Counted from the stretch's first letter, positions 18,637 through 28,154 are shown. The stretch: 64,000 bases of DNA from Clostridia bacterium (GCA_050950825.1 JBMNIH010000004.1:320001-384000); one strand, 5' to 3'. Made by a program: numbers and translations. Notes: generated by a model from the letters alone, not told the origin.

Positions 18637-19329
18637 CTATTTATAGGGACAGACCTTGATGCAGATACCGCAAACAGACCCTCGGCCGATATGCTTGAAG
18701 TGTTTGTTCATGTAGACGGAGCAAGCTTGGGGATCCAAAAGCTTTTCTCTTTCCATTCCGTATTCCCACAAGGTCCCTTTCAAGGCTTTTGCAGGGCATG
18801 CGTCCACGCACTTTGTGCAGGATCCGCAAAGGCTTTCCCTCATCGGGTTTCCCGTTTGAAGCTTCATATCCGTCAAAACGGTGCCTAAACGCACGCGGGG
18901 ACCGAAATCCTTATGAATAAACAAACCGTTTTTTCCGATCCATCCCAATCCGGAAGCTACCGCTCCGGTCTTGTGGGGGAAGATACCGCTGAAGGGTATT
19001 TCGGAATCCGGTATGCTTTGGGAAGCCGCGATGGTGTAGGCGTTGTATCCTCGCTTTTGCAGTGTCAGCAATATTTGCAGATTGATTTGATCGATAAGAA
19101 AATTGACGGATCGATAATGGTTGAAATAGTTGTGGGTCGGTTTTTCCAAGTCGATTTCATCGATGATGGCATCGGACAGCTTTATACCGAAGGTGATAGC
19201 ATAAGGATAAGGCTTTAAGTATTCCGGCAAAAGGTCCCGAACATAGGAGAATCCCGTAAAGGATCCTCCCATATTCGTGATTAGCTCGGTTATTTCCTTT
19301 TGAACGGCAATCGTGTCTTGATCATTCAT
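18637..19329 (-). CDS. QueG/reductive-dehalogenase-like 2x[4Fe-4S] protein
   Basis: HK..AV.SGLGWIGKN, FGPRVRL..VLTD, CGSCTKCVDACP and C...CGICIKVCP. Confidence 0.75.
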   Translation of the reverse strand: MNDQDTIAVQKEITELITNMGGSFTGFSYVRDLLPEYLKPYPYAITFGIKLSDAIIDEIDLEKPTHNYFNHYRSVNFLIDQINLQILLTLQKRGYNAYTIAASQSIPDSEIPFSGIFPHKTGAVASGLGWIGKNGLFIHKDFGPRVRLGTVLTDMKLQTGNPMRESLCGSCTKCVDACPAKALKGTLWEYGMEREKLLDPQACSVYMNKHFKHIGRGSVCGICIKVCPYK

Positions 19330-19347
19330 CCTGATCGCCCTTCCTTT

Positions 19348-21264
19348 TTATGCTCTCGGTGCAATTCGGCTGGGCGAAACGACGGCATCATAGAAGTTGG
19401 CATAGGAGATCAAGCCTTCCGTGGGCTTGAAAGGCAATCTTTCTTGCTCCAGCTCTTCCAAACGGTCCAACGTACCGTTTAAATAATCGCCGATTTGCTC
19501 GATGGCGCTTTCGATACGTACCAAAAGAGATCCGTAGCGCATGTCCAAAACATCCCAACCGAGAGGCTTGTTGTTAGCGAACCAAACCTTTTTATGCGTT
19601 TTGCGTAAAACGATGACCCGTTTCTTCAATTCCGGCAGCAGCTCTTCGGCATATTTTCTCAAGGTTTCCTTGTCGCCTTCCCTGTATGCTTTTGTGATAC
19701 GGACTCCCGCTTCGGCTTTGATGGCCAAAACGTTGCTGACATCGTACAGAAGCTCGAAAATGTGGTTGTATTCGCCGTTGCGGCTCCTTGCGGCATCCAA
19801 TACCGCAGTCATTTTTTCATAATGCTCCTGCAAGGGAAGACCCTTGATATGGTAGTCGATGAGTCCCGTTAAGATGTCTTGCCACATCAGGTACTTGGAG
19901 GGGTTGCATTCTCTCGGATTGTCTTTTTCCACGCCCGGCACTTCGTCCAAGTATTTAATGGATATAAAGTCGTCGTAATTGCATCCGGTGCAGAACTCGA
20001 ATCGTTCCTTCAGCTTTTGAAGATCGAGTTCTTTTGCGTAGCCGTGTTCGGCATACAGCTGCAAGCCCAAAAGGTTCATGAACACATCGCCTTCGGTGCC
20101 GTTATCTCCCCAGATGGTGACGAATACTTCTTTAATGCCTTCTTTCTTGCATGCGGAAAGGGCGGGGTTTGTATTATTAAACGTTTTACCCCAGTTGGCG
20201 GTATAGCCGGTCCATGTCCATATGCCTCCTGCGAAGATGGGGTCGGAACCGAACATACGGTGTCTTTTGATCATTTCGTAATAGAACTCTTCGTTGTCAT
20301 GGTAATAATCCCAGTAAACCAATTGGGCGCCTTTCGGTACGGTATCCACCAATTCTTGGGTTAATTCTCCGCCCAAATCGTAATAGTCGCCTCTTTTGGA
20401 TGCCGCTCTGAAATACATATCGCTCCAGTACATGGGGATCAAATCGTACTTTTTTACGATCTCCAGAACACGGGCCATATGGTCGTTCATAATATCGAAT
20501 TTTTTCTTGTAGCCGTATTTATTGAAGTATTGGCCCATTCCCAAATGCCAAGCCTCGTCCATACCGATATGGATTCGTTTGGTGCGGAAGGGAGCGCTAG
20601 CGGCTCGAATATACTCTTCGACAATTTGGTATGTCTTTTCCGAACCTACCAAAAGGGTTTCCTGGTCGTCTCGAGTATCGTGATACACGTACCATTTCAA
20701 CACTTCGTAAAGGTGAGCCAAGGTTTGGATACAGGGAATCATTTCGATTCCGAACATATAGGCGTAATCGTCCAGCTCCTTCATGTCGTCGTAGGTATAT
20801 TTTCCTCGCATGTAGCCGAAATAGGGCTGTTCTTTCACGACATAGCTGTCTTCGCAGTACAGCATCAGCATGTTGAGCCCCATAATCGCCATTCTTCTTA
20901 AAATGTTTTTCACCGATGCCACGTTGATAACGGCGTTCCCTTGGGATACGTCGAACATGGCACCGTTCATGGTAAACTGAGGCGTTTCCATGATTTCGAA
21001 GGATTCATTGCCTTTTTTAAGCTGCTCCAGCAGCAAACCTAAGGCTCTGAAAAAGTGAATCCTTTCGGAATACCGAAGGGTAATGTCCGACCCTTTTTTT
21101 GAAACCATTACGTCGCCGCCTTGGACTTTTTGGACCTTTACCAAAAAGCCGTCGGAGCAGCAGCAGGTATCGTCGCAAAAAACGGGAATAAAGTCAAAAT
21201 CCTTCGATAAAATTTCGATTCCTTGGATACAGTCTTTTACATCACCGAAAAAACAAAGTTTCAT
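19348..21264 (-). CDS. Beta-N-acetylhexosaminidase, GH20 (GcnA-like)
   Basis: MFDVS, YFGYMRG.Y, PCIQTLAH, HIGMDEA, WSDMYF, YWDYY, WGDNG.E. Confidence 0.88.
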   Translation of the reverse strand: MKLCFFGDVKDCIQGIEILSKDFDFIPVFCDDTCCCSDGFLVKVQKVQGGDVMVSKKGSDITLRYSERIHFFRALGLLLEQLKKGNESFEIMETPQFTMNGAMFDVSQGNAVINVASVKNILRRMAIMGLNMLMLYCEDSYVVKEQPYFGYMRGKYTYDDMKELDDYAYMFGIEMIPCIQTLAHLYEVLKWYVYHDTRDDQETLLVGSEKTYQIVEEYIRAASAPFRTKRIHIGMDEAWHLGMGQYFNKYGYKKKFDIMNDHMARVLEIVKKYDLIPMYWSDMYFRAASKRGDYYDLGGELTQELVDTVPKGAQLVYWDYYHDNEEFYYEMIKRHRMFGSDPIFAGGIWTWTGYTANWGKTFNNTNPALSACKKEGIKEVFVTIWGDNGTEGDVFMNLLGLQLYAEHGYAKELDLQKLKERFEFCTGCNYDDFISIKYLDEVPGVEKDNPRECNPSKYLMWQDILTGLIDYHIKGLPLQEHYEKMTAVLDAARSRNGEYNHIFELLYDVSNVLAIKAEAGVRITKAYREGDKETLRKYAEELLPELKKRVIVLRKTHKKVWFANNKPLGWDVLDMRYGSLLVRIESAIEQIGDYLNGTLDRLEELEQERLPFKPTEGLISYANFYDAVVSPSRIAPRA

Positions 21265-21354
21265 AGCGTTAACGAACTCCCTTTTTGTTATATTTTAATT
21301 GTAAACCAAGATTCATTGTATCATAATCTCGGATGAAAGAAACCGGGTATAAGG

Positions 21355-22113
21355 TTAACGGGAGGATTTTTTATTCGTCGAAAGCTTGTACCCGCTTAAA
21401 GCGATCAAGGTCAATGCCGGGGCATAGAAAACCCATATGAATGCGTAAGCGAGGGACCTTTCCATGCCCTTCGGTAAGATCCACGATAATCCGACATTGA
21501 TATCGCAGAAAAGAAAGCAGATCATCCCTATAAATACCAAAAGCCCGTTTTTTTTCGGCAACAGTCTTAATATATAGGCGGAAGCGGCGGCCCAAAGGGA
21601 CAATGAAACGGTACAGGCATAGATCGCCATAAAAACCAAAAGATGCGGCCGGGAAGACAAGGAACGAATAAAGAACAGCAAGGCGGTCGGGAGGATGAAA
21701 CCGACCGAAAGGGAGGGAAGTAAAAGCTTGATAAAATTTCGTTTTAACTTTTCTTTCATTCCCGCGGAGTTCCTTAAAATCAGCCCGGATTGGACCCAAA
21801 TGAAGAAAAAGATACCTACGGTTTGGCTTTCGAAGTATACCAAAGAAAAATCGGCTATGATGATGAGAACATAGATGACCTTCATAAGGAAAGCATCTCT
21901 TTTGTTCAACCCGTCATTTCCCGTTATGAAAACAAGAAGTGTCGTGAGAAAAACAACGAAAGCTTTTAAGGTGTTCGAATCCAAACCGGTACGAAAGGGC
22001 TTTGAATATAGCAGAGCCGTAAAATCCTGCAGCACGAACAAAAGCCATGTTACGATAAGAAGAATAACAACGACGGCAACCGTATATTTTTTATGCGATG
22101 CTATTGCGACCAC
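21355..22113 (-). CDS. YhhN/lysoplasmalogenase-like membrane protein
   Basis: About 8 hydrophobic segments with IAD, G...F..CD..VG and W.FY.P...L.ALS motifs. Confidence 0.6.
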   Translation of the reverse strand: MVAIASHKKYTVAVVVILLIVTWLLFVLQDFTALLYSKPFRTGLDSNTLKAFVVFLTTLLVFITGNDGLNKRDAFLMKVIYVLIIIADFSLVYFESQTVGIFFFIWVQSGLILRNSAGMKEKLKRNFIKLLLPSLSVGFILPTALLFFIRSLSSRPHLLVFMAIYACTVSLSLWAAASAYILRLLPKKNGLLVFIGMICFLFCDINVGLSWILPKGMERSLAYAFIWVFYAPALTLIALSGYKLSTNKKSSR

Positions 22114-22198
22114 CTTCTTTTTTTATCCGAGGTTAGATTTATAATATCACAGGAGAAAGAATCAATTGTGAAATTACCGGTAAAATTGTTATTGATGT

Positions 22199-22227
22199 TT
22201 GAAAAATCGGGATGTTTCGGTTATAAT
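22199..22227 (+). promoter_or_regulatory. Sigma-A promoter of trpS
   Basis: TTGAAA, 17 bp spacer, TATAAT. Confidence 0.65.
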
Positions 22228-22327
22228 ACAAAAAGTTATAGGAATTTGAGTAATAAACAAGACGATTTGCCGTTAGAAAGGAGAAGCGGCTTTTTTGGGT
22301 ATAAATGCTTTGAAGCCGCGATACTTT

Positions 22328-23413
22328 ATGACAATAGAAGAAAAACTCAATTACGGTACTTTTGAAGCCACGGTAGAACGAAGCTTGAAGCTGGAAGAGG
22401 ACCTAATTAAAAACCCCCAAAAATACAGAGTTTTAACGGGAGACCGTCCTACCGGGCGTCTTCATATCGGCCATTTATTCGGCTCTTTGCAAAATCGCGT
22501 TCGGCTTCACCGTTTAGGTGTTCAAACCTTTATCGTTATTGCCGATTACCAAGTGTTAACCGACAGAGACACATTCGAACATATTTCCGAAAACATTAAG
22601 CAATTGACCATTGACTATATAGCCGCCGGGATTGATCCGGAATCCGACAATGTATGTATTTTTCCCCACAGCCACGTACCGGAGCTCAACCAACTGCTGC
22701 TTCCTTTCTTGACGTTGGTGACCATGGCGGAATTGGACCGAAACCCCACCGTGAAGGAGGAAATCGCCGCAGCCGGACTCAAACGCATTAATGCCGGTAT
22801 GTATACGTACCCCGTGCATCAGGCGGCCGATATTTTGTTCTGCAAAGGAAACGTGGTTCCGGTCGGGAAGGACCAATTGCCTCACTTGGAATTGACCCGC
22901 ACCATCGCACGACGCTTCAACGAAAGATTTGCGCAAAATATGGCGGTATTTCCCGAGCCACAGCCCCTTTTGAGCAAAGCTCCCTTGATTTTAGGGCTGG
23001 ACGGCAGCCAAAAAATGAGTAAAAGTCGAAACAACGCCATCATGCTCAGTGCAACGGAAGACGAAACCGCCCAACTCATTAAAAAAGCGAAAACCGATGC
23101 CCAAAGACAAATCACCTACGATCCGGAAAACCGACCGGAGGTTTCGAATTTGTTGACGTTGATTTCTCTTTCCACCGGAGAGGCGCCGGAAGCCATTGCG
23201 GAAAGAATAGGGGACGGGGGCGGAGCGCAGCTGAAAAGAATGCTGACCGAATCCTTGAATGACTACCTCAGACCCTTGAGAGCGAAAAGAAAAGAATTGG
23301 AAGCCAACATGGATTATGTAAGGGACGTATTGAAGCGAGGAGTTAACAAGGCTCGTGAAATAGCGGAAGCGACGTTAGACGAAGTGCGAAGCGTCATGAA
23401 CATGGAAATCTGA
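22328..23413 (+). CDS. trpS: Tryptophan--tRNA ligase
   Basis: TGDRPTGRLHIGH (HIGH), YPVHQAADIL, VPVGKDQ, KMSKS; start at ATG 22328 or TTG 22295. Confidence 0.95.
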   Translation: MTIEEKLNYGTFEATVERSLKLEEDLIKNPQKYRVLTGDRPTGRLHIGHLFGSLQNRVRLHRLGVQTFIVIADYQVLTDRDTFEHISENIKQLTIDYIAAGIDPESDNVCIFPHSHVPELNQLLLPFLTLVTMAELDRNPTVKEEIAAAGLKRINAGMYTYPVHQAADILFCKGNVVPVGKDQLPHLELTRTIARRFNERFAQNMAVFPEPQPLLSKAPLILGLDGSQKMSKSRNNAIMLSATEDETAQLIKKAKTDAQRQITYDPENRPEVSNLLTLISLSTGEAPEAIAERIGDGGGAQLKRMLTESLNDYLRPLRAKRKELEANMDYVRDVLKRGVNKAREIAEATLDEVRSVMNMEI

Positions 23414-23462
23414 CTTTCGTAAGCAACGTAACGACTAAACATCGTTATTGTCTCCAAATTTA

Positions 23463-23500
23463 CCCGCAAAGCTCTTCATAGAGCTCTGCGGGCTTTTTTT
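23463..23500 (+). terminator. Intrinsic terminator
   Basis: CCCGCAAAGCTCT...AGAGCTCTGCGGG + C + T7. Confidence 0.75.
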
Positions 23501-23515
23501 ACGGTATTATCGGTA

Positions 23516-25186
23516 TTACAATCCGTATCCGTAGGAATATTTATCGGAGATGGTAACCGGCAGCTTTCCTTGTGCATTTTTTATGCCGTATAGGATATCC
23601 GCCGCCGTATCCAGAGAATAAATATTATCGGAGTAGGTGCACAAAAGATTGTCCGTTTCGGGCATCTTGCTTGCCACGTAAGGATTTCCTGCGATAACGG
23701 CGGAAACGGAGCGGTTCTTTTCTTTAAGAATGTTCAAAAGCTTCACTTGGGATTCGGGAATGGTACCGCTTCCTTCCTTGTAGCTTAATATTCTTACGAA
23801 GGTAATAAAGATGATGTCGTCGTATCGGCTGCAGTTTTGATCAATATAGGTTAATTGCTCCTTTGTCGGATCTTCGTTTACCAAATACAATTCCGCTTGC
23901 TCCGCATATTTTTTGACGGAGTTGTAGAAATGATAGAATTTTTGGGTAATCAACGTGGCCATATCCTTTGCAGCCGTTAAACCGGCATCGCTCGCGGTGG
24001 CGATCACCAAGGTTTTTCTTCCGCCGTCCGTTGCTTTCAAGGGCAGCGTACGGTTTTCCAAAAGAGTAACGGATTTGTCGGCGATTTTCTTGGAAAGCTC
24101 GATGTGTTCTTTTACGGACATCAGCTTTTCCGTTGTGTCGTAGGATATTTCTTTTCTTTCATGTACCAAAGCCCATTCTTTGTACTTGAGTATTTTCATA
24201 ACGGCGGCATCGACCTGTTTCATATCGATGTCTCCTTCTTTTACGGCTTTGAGCAATGCATTGAAGGTAATCATAGGATCCGAGTTATAGTCTTGAAGGA
24301 TCATGTCGTTGCCCGCTTTAAAAGCAAGAACGGCGGCTTGTTCAATGCCGTAACGGTCCTTTATCGCCCTCATGGTCAGGCTATCGGTAATGCTTAAGCC
24401 TTGAAAGCCCCATTCTTCTTTTAGCAATCCGGTCATGATTTTTCTTGACAAAGTGGCGGGCGTTCCCGGCTCTTCTCCTTCCTGAAGAGCGGGGAAATAG
24501 ATATGAGCGGTCATAAGACCTTTCATTCCTTTTTTAATCAATTCACGGAAAGGTCTTAACTCCATATTGTCCAATATTTCACGAGAGCGATCGACAATCG
24601 GCATGGCAATGTGAGAATCGACGGCCGTATCGCCGTGTCCGGGGAAGTGTTTCCCGTTCGGTATGATCCTTTGGCTCTGCATACCGTCGATGTAGCTTTC
24701 TCCGAAACGAATAACGGTATCCGTATTGTCGCCGAAGGATCGAGTCCCGATAATGGGGTTATTGGGATTGGAATTTATATCCAGTACCGGATTGGAGATG
24801 ATATCAAAGCCTAAGGCCTTGGCTTCTTTGGCGATCGCCTTGGCTACATCGTAAGAAAGCTCCGGATCCCCGGTTGCCGCTATGGCCATTTGGGTGGGGA
24901 AAGAGGTTCCTACATCGTAAAACATATCGCAAATCCCGGTTTCGGCATCCAAGTACATAAAGGGAGGTATTTTGGATATCCTGTACAGCTTGTTCAAATA
25001 CTCGGTAAGCTTTACGGGATCCTTTTTGCATACTTGCCGGACCACCACGGCGCCGATTCCGCCTAACAGGCCTTCCTTCAGCATTTCTTCCATGGAATCA
25101 ATGAAATACAAGCCTCTGGTGATAATCAATTGACCGACTTTTTGCTCCAATGTCAGTTCTTTAAACGTTTGCTCAGCCCAAGACAT
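23516..25186 (-). CDS. GH3 beta-N-acetylglucosaminidase (NagZ-like, two-domain)
   Basis: LTLEQKVGQL, NPIIGTRSFG, KHFPGHGDTAVDSH (NagZ motif), TDSLTM; no signal peptide. Confidence 0.85.
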   Translation of the reverse strand: MSWAEQTFKELTLEQKVGQLIITRGLYFIDSMEEMLKEGLLGGIGAVVVRQVCKKDPVKLTEYLNKLYRISKIPPFMYLDAETGICDMFYDVGTSFPTQMAIAATGDPELSYDVAKAIAKEAKALGFDIISNPVLDINSNPNNPIIGTRSFGDNTDTVIRFGESYIDGMQSQRIIPNGKHFPGHGDTAVDSHIAMPIVDRSREILDNMELRPFRELIKKGMKGLMTAHIYFPALQEGEEPGTPATLSRKIMTGLLKEEWGFQGLSITDSLTMRAIKDRYGIEQAAVLAFKAGNDMILQDYNSDPMITFNALLKAVKEGDIDMKQVDAAVMKILKYKEWALVHERKEISYDTTEKLMSVKEHIELSKKIADKSVTLLENRTLPLKATDGGRKTLVIATASDAGLTAAKDMATLITQKFYHFYNSVKKYAEQAELYLVNEDPTKEQLTYIDQNCSRYDDIIFITFVRILSYKEGSGTIPESQVKLLNILKEKNRSVSAVIAGNPYVASKMPETDNLLCTYSDNIYSLDTAADILYGIKNAQGKLPVTISDKYSYGYGL

Positions 25187-25331
25187 GTTTTTTTCTCCTT
25201 TAATGATTTTTCAATATTTTAAAAAGGTCGAATGTCCGTTTTCCACCTGTTTACCATTATATACGAAGGAGGGGAGGAAACAAATACTTACAAAAAACTT
25301 TTCAGTGAATCCGAAACGGTTCGAAAATATC

Positions 25332-25391
25332 ACTCAAGCGGCGCTTGAGTTTATTTTTAACGGCTATAAAATGATTTCAATAAACGGTTGA
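25332..25391. promoter_or_regulatory. Putative operators (TCAA-N7-TTGA, two copies) upstream of the XRE regulator
   Basis: Perfect 19-bp palindrome ACTCAAGCG-G-CGCTTGAGT (25332-25350) overlapping TTGAGT-16-TAAAAT; second site TCAAtaaacggTTGA (25377-25391). Confidence 0.5.
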
Positions 25392-25455
25392 TTGTCCGAA
25401 TCTTACGGTTGGTTTACAATGATATTAAACGAGAGTACGGATCGGAGGAATAGCG

Positions 25456-26952
25456 ATGTTGGATGCAGGAAAAATTGGACGGTATATATCCTTTTTAAGA
25501 AAAAACAACGGTATGACGCAGGCACAACTGGCGGATAGGCTGAATGTCAGCCACCAAGCGGTTTCAAACTGGGAGCGAGGAGAAACGCTGCCGGATATTG
25601 AACAGCTCATCGGACTGGCTAAAGTTCTGAATACTACTACGGACCGCATTCTTTTAGCCGGAGCATCCGATGCGCCTGAAGCTGAAGCATTGCCGGCGGA
25701 AGAAATGCCGATTGCCGAGGGAATGGACGAGGAAGCAACGGATTTTTCTCCAAGGGACGATTTCACATCCGACACCGGATTCGGAATAAAAGATAAGGAA
25801 GACGGAATCCGTGAAATCAAAGACAGGATAAATGAGCTTCATGATCGAATCCGCGAGCAAAGCAACGCTATGTCGGAGCTTGACGAGAAATATCGAAGGG
25901 CAAAATCCGATAAAGCAATCGACAAAATGCAGGATTATTTGGATGAAGCGCTGGACAGAATCGACGATTTACAGGACGAAGCGGACAAATTGCAGGATAA
26001 AATGGACGAATTGCAAGACGAGGCGGACGAGCTTCAAGATAAAGCGGACGAATACTCGGATGACGAGATTGAAGATTTTCAGGATGAAATAGAAGAGCTG
26101 CAGGATCAAGTGGAAGAACTCCATGATGAAATTGAAGAATTGTATGACGAAATCGAAGAATTGCAAGACGAGCTCGAAGACTTAATCGACGACGAGGACG
26201 ATGCCGATGGGGAAGATGATAAAGAATACACGATTCCTTTGACCTCATCGATGCAGGATCCGAACGATTGGCAGAAAATCATATCCATGGCTCCTTTTGC
26301 ATCTTCCGAAACCCTCGAAAGACTCCTCGAGGAGCTTGATCTGAAAAAGGATATCAACAAGATTGTGCAGCTTGCACCCTTTTTAAAATCTCATACCATT
26401 GAGGATTTGATCATGAAGGCAATGCATGACGAAGATCATCCCGACTGGGATATTATCCGAAAGCTTGCACCCTTTGCACCGGGCGGCGTTTTAGACAAGC
26501 TTGTACCTGTACTGAAGGAGAAAGCGTCCTTTAAAGAAATTTGCCATATCAGTCCTTTTATGAGTAGGTCCGCGTTGGAAAAGCTGTTAATTGACATTTA
26601 CAAGGACTACGGCTTTTCCAAATGGGAAATCATTATGAAGCTGGTACCTTTTGCAGGCGGCTCGGCTCTTGATCAATTGGTTTCCGAAATGGAGACGAAA
26701 GAGGAAATAAAAAGAATACTTCGATTCGCCATGTTTTTAAACCGGGAGACCGTTGATAAACTGATACGGAAAATTGAGGATTTCCTTGATGACGATGCCG
26801 ACAATTGGGATATGATTATGAAGCTGGCGCCTTATGCTTCAAAGGCTTCTCTTGACCGGCTCCTAATGAAGATGGACCCAAAAAGAATAGGAAAGATAGC
26901 GCCGTTTTTGGATAAGAATACCATAGACAGGTTCATCAACCGGAATGATTAG
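25456..26952 (+). CDS. XRE-family HTH regulator with acidic coiled coil and C-terminal helical repeats
   Basis: HTH LRK..GMTQ.QLA.RL.VS.QAVS.WE.G.TLPD; heptads such as LQDEADK; eight I..LAPF......LD.L repeats; SD GGAGG. Confidence 0.85.
   Translation: MLDAGKIGRYISFLRKNNGMTQAQLADRLNVSHQAVSNWERGETLPDIEQLIGLAKVLNTTTDRILLAGASDAPEAEALPAEEMPIAEGMDEEATDFSPRDDFTSDTGFGIKDKEDGIREIKDRINELHDRIREQSNAMSELDEKYRRAKSDKAIDKMQDYLDEALDRIDDLQDEADKLQDKMDELQDEADELQDKADEYSDDEIEDFQDEIEELQDQVEELHDEIEELYDEIEELQDELEDLIDDEDDADGEDDKEYTIPLTSSMQDPNDWQKIISMAPFASSETLERLLEELDLKKDINKIVQLAPFLKSHTIEDLIMKAMHDEDHPDWDIIRKLAPFAPGGVLDKLVPVLKEKASFKEICHISPFMSRSALEKLLIDIYKDYGFSKWEIIMKLVPFAGGSALDQLVSEMETKEEIKRILRFAMFLNRETVDKLIRKIEDFLDDDADNWDMIMKLAPYASKASLDRLLMKMDPKRIGKIAPFLDKNTIDRFINRND
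25927..26181 (+). repeat. Degenerate 21-bp coding tandem repeat (acidic heptads)
   Basis: e.g. TTACAGGACGAAGCGGACAAA / TTGCAGGATAAAATGGACGAA / TTGCAAGACGAGGCGGACGAG / CTTCAAGATAAAGCGGACGAA. Confidence 0.75.
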
Positions 26953-27058
26953 CGGCACGATAAAAATCATTGATTCCGTAAATCGGGAATGATATTATAT
27001 TGAAGAATTGTATCTTAGGTTTTGATAAAAGTTTACGACCCGGTTGGAGGATTCGACA

Positions 27059-28087
27059 ATGAAGTATGAATATAACGGAGTTCAGATACGCCCTTCGGTG
27101 GAAATTTATCATGACTCCATTCCCTACTTAAGCGGCATCACATTAAAAGAGTTCTTTTTGGACAAAGTCAAATGCGCCCAAGCATGGCGGATCGGAAATC
27201 AAAAGATTTACGAATATTTCGGCGATATGCTCCCCTTAAGGCCGATAGCAGGACCGCCCATTTCCTACGGCCATCTGATTTGCATAGGAGCGCCGGTAAC
27301 CTTTCCCGAGGATTCGGAACCGAATGTGAAGCCATTTGTCGATAGTATCGACGAGGGTATTCAAGTCTTGCAGGAAAAGAAAGATATCGATTTTTCGAAG
27401 CAGCCCCTTTTTCAACACTACAAGGAGCTGTGCGATTATCTGCAGGAGCAATTTCCGGAGCAAAAGATTCCGTTTTCCGGTATGGGTTCCCAAGGCCCGT
27501 TAACTTCGGCGATTCTTATGAGAGGTCAAGACTTCATTTTTGACGTTTATGATTATCCCGAAAAAGCAAAAGAATTCTTGCGCCTATTAACCGACAGCAT
27601 TATCGAATTCAGGCGCTTTACGAATCGAGTAAACGGCGCACCCGAAATCAGCCCGTGGGGAACAGGTCTTGCCGATGATTTCGCAAGCCTCATCGCACCG
27701 GATATGTGGGAGGATTTTGTTATCCCCTATTGGAATCAATTCTACGAAGGCTTGACGACGGGTAGAAGATCGCTTCATTGTGAGAATTTATCTCCGAAGC
27801 ATTTGAAGCATTTAAAAGCGACGGGCTTGAGCCATTTCCAACCATCGGTTTCCGATATGTTAACCATTGATAACATTAAAGCCAATACGGACATTCCTTT
27901 CGATTGGCTGTTATACGCTTTCAACATCACCCATATGAGCGACCAAGAGATTCAAGAATGGGTGGATCGCACGGTGGCGAAGGGAATTACATTGATTCGT
28001 ACCCAGTTCGGAAGATTCACCATCGAAGAAGGAAAATTGGACCGAATTAAAGCCTTTTATAAAGCCTTTGAAAAATACAAAGTGTGA
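27059..28087 (+). CDS. Uroporphyrinogen decarboxylase / methylcobamide methyltransferase (URO-D-like) superfamily protein
   Basis: QGPLT.A..MRG..F..D....PE, ADD....I.P..W..FV.PY, LHCE; SD GGAGG before 27059. Confidence 0.7.
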   Translation: MKYEYNGVQIRPSVEIYHDSIPYLSGITLKEFFLDKVKCAQAWRIGNQKIYEYFGDMLPLRPIAGPPISYGHLICIGAPVTFPEDSEPNVKPFVDSIDEGIQVLQEKKDIDFSKQPLFQHYKELCDYLQEQFPEQKIPFSGMGSQGPLTSAILMRGQDFIFDVYDYPEKAKEFLRLLTDSIIEFRRFTNRVNGAPEISPWGTGLADDFASLIAPDMWEDFVIPYWNQFYEGLTTGRRSLHCENLSPKHLKHLKATGLSHFQPSVSDMLTIDNIKANTDIPFDWLLYAFNITHMSDQEIQEWVDRTVAKGITLIRTQFGRFTIEEGKLDRIKAFYKAFEKYKV

Positions 28088-28111
28088 AGTGAACGAAAAG
28101 TAAAAATCGAA

Positions 28112-28154
28112 AAAAGCCTTCCTTTACACGATGTATCGTAAAAAGGAAGGTTTT
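28112..28154 (+). terminator. Intrinsic terminator
   Basis: AAAAGCCTTCCTTT...AAAGGAAGGTTTT. Confidence 0.65.

Noticed and set aside
22093-22365. Leader peptide attenuator for trpS
   Set aside because: The ORF has no Trp codons and its annotated start lies upstream of the promoter.
25927-26181. Periodic repeats as a CRISPR array
   Set aside because: Degenerate 21-bp in-frame coding heptads with no unique spacers and no cas genes.
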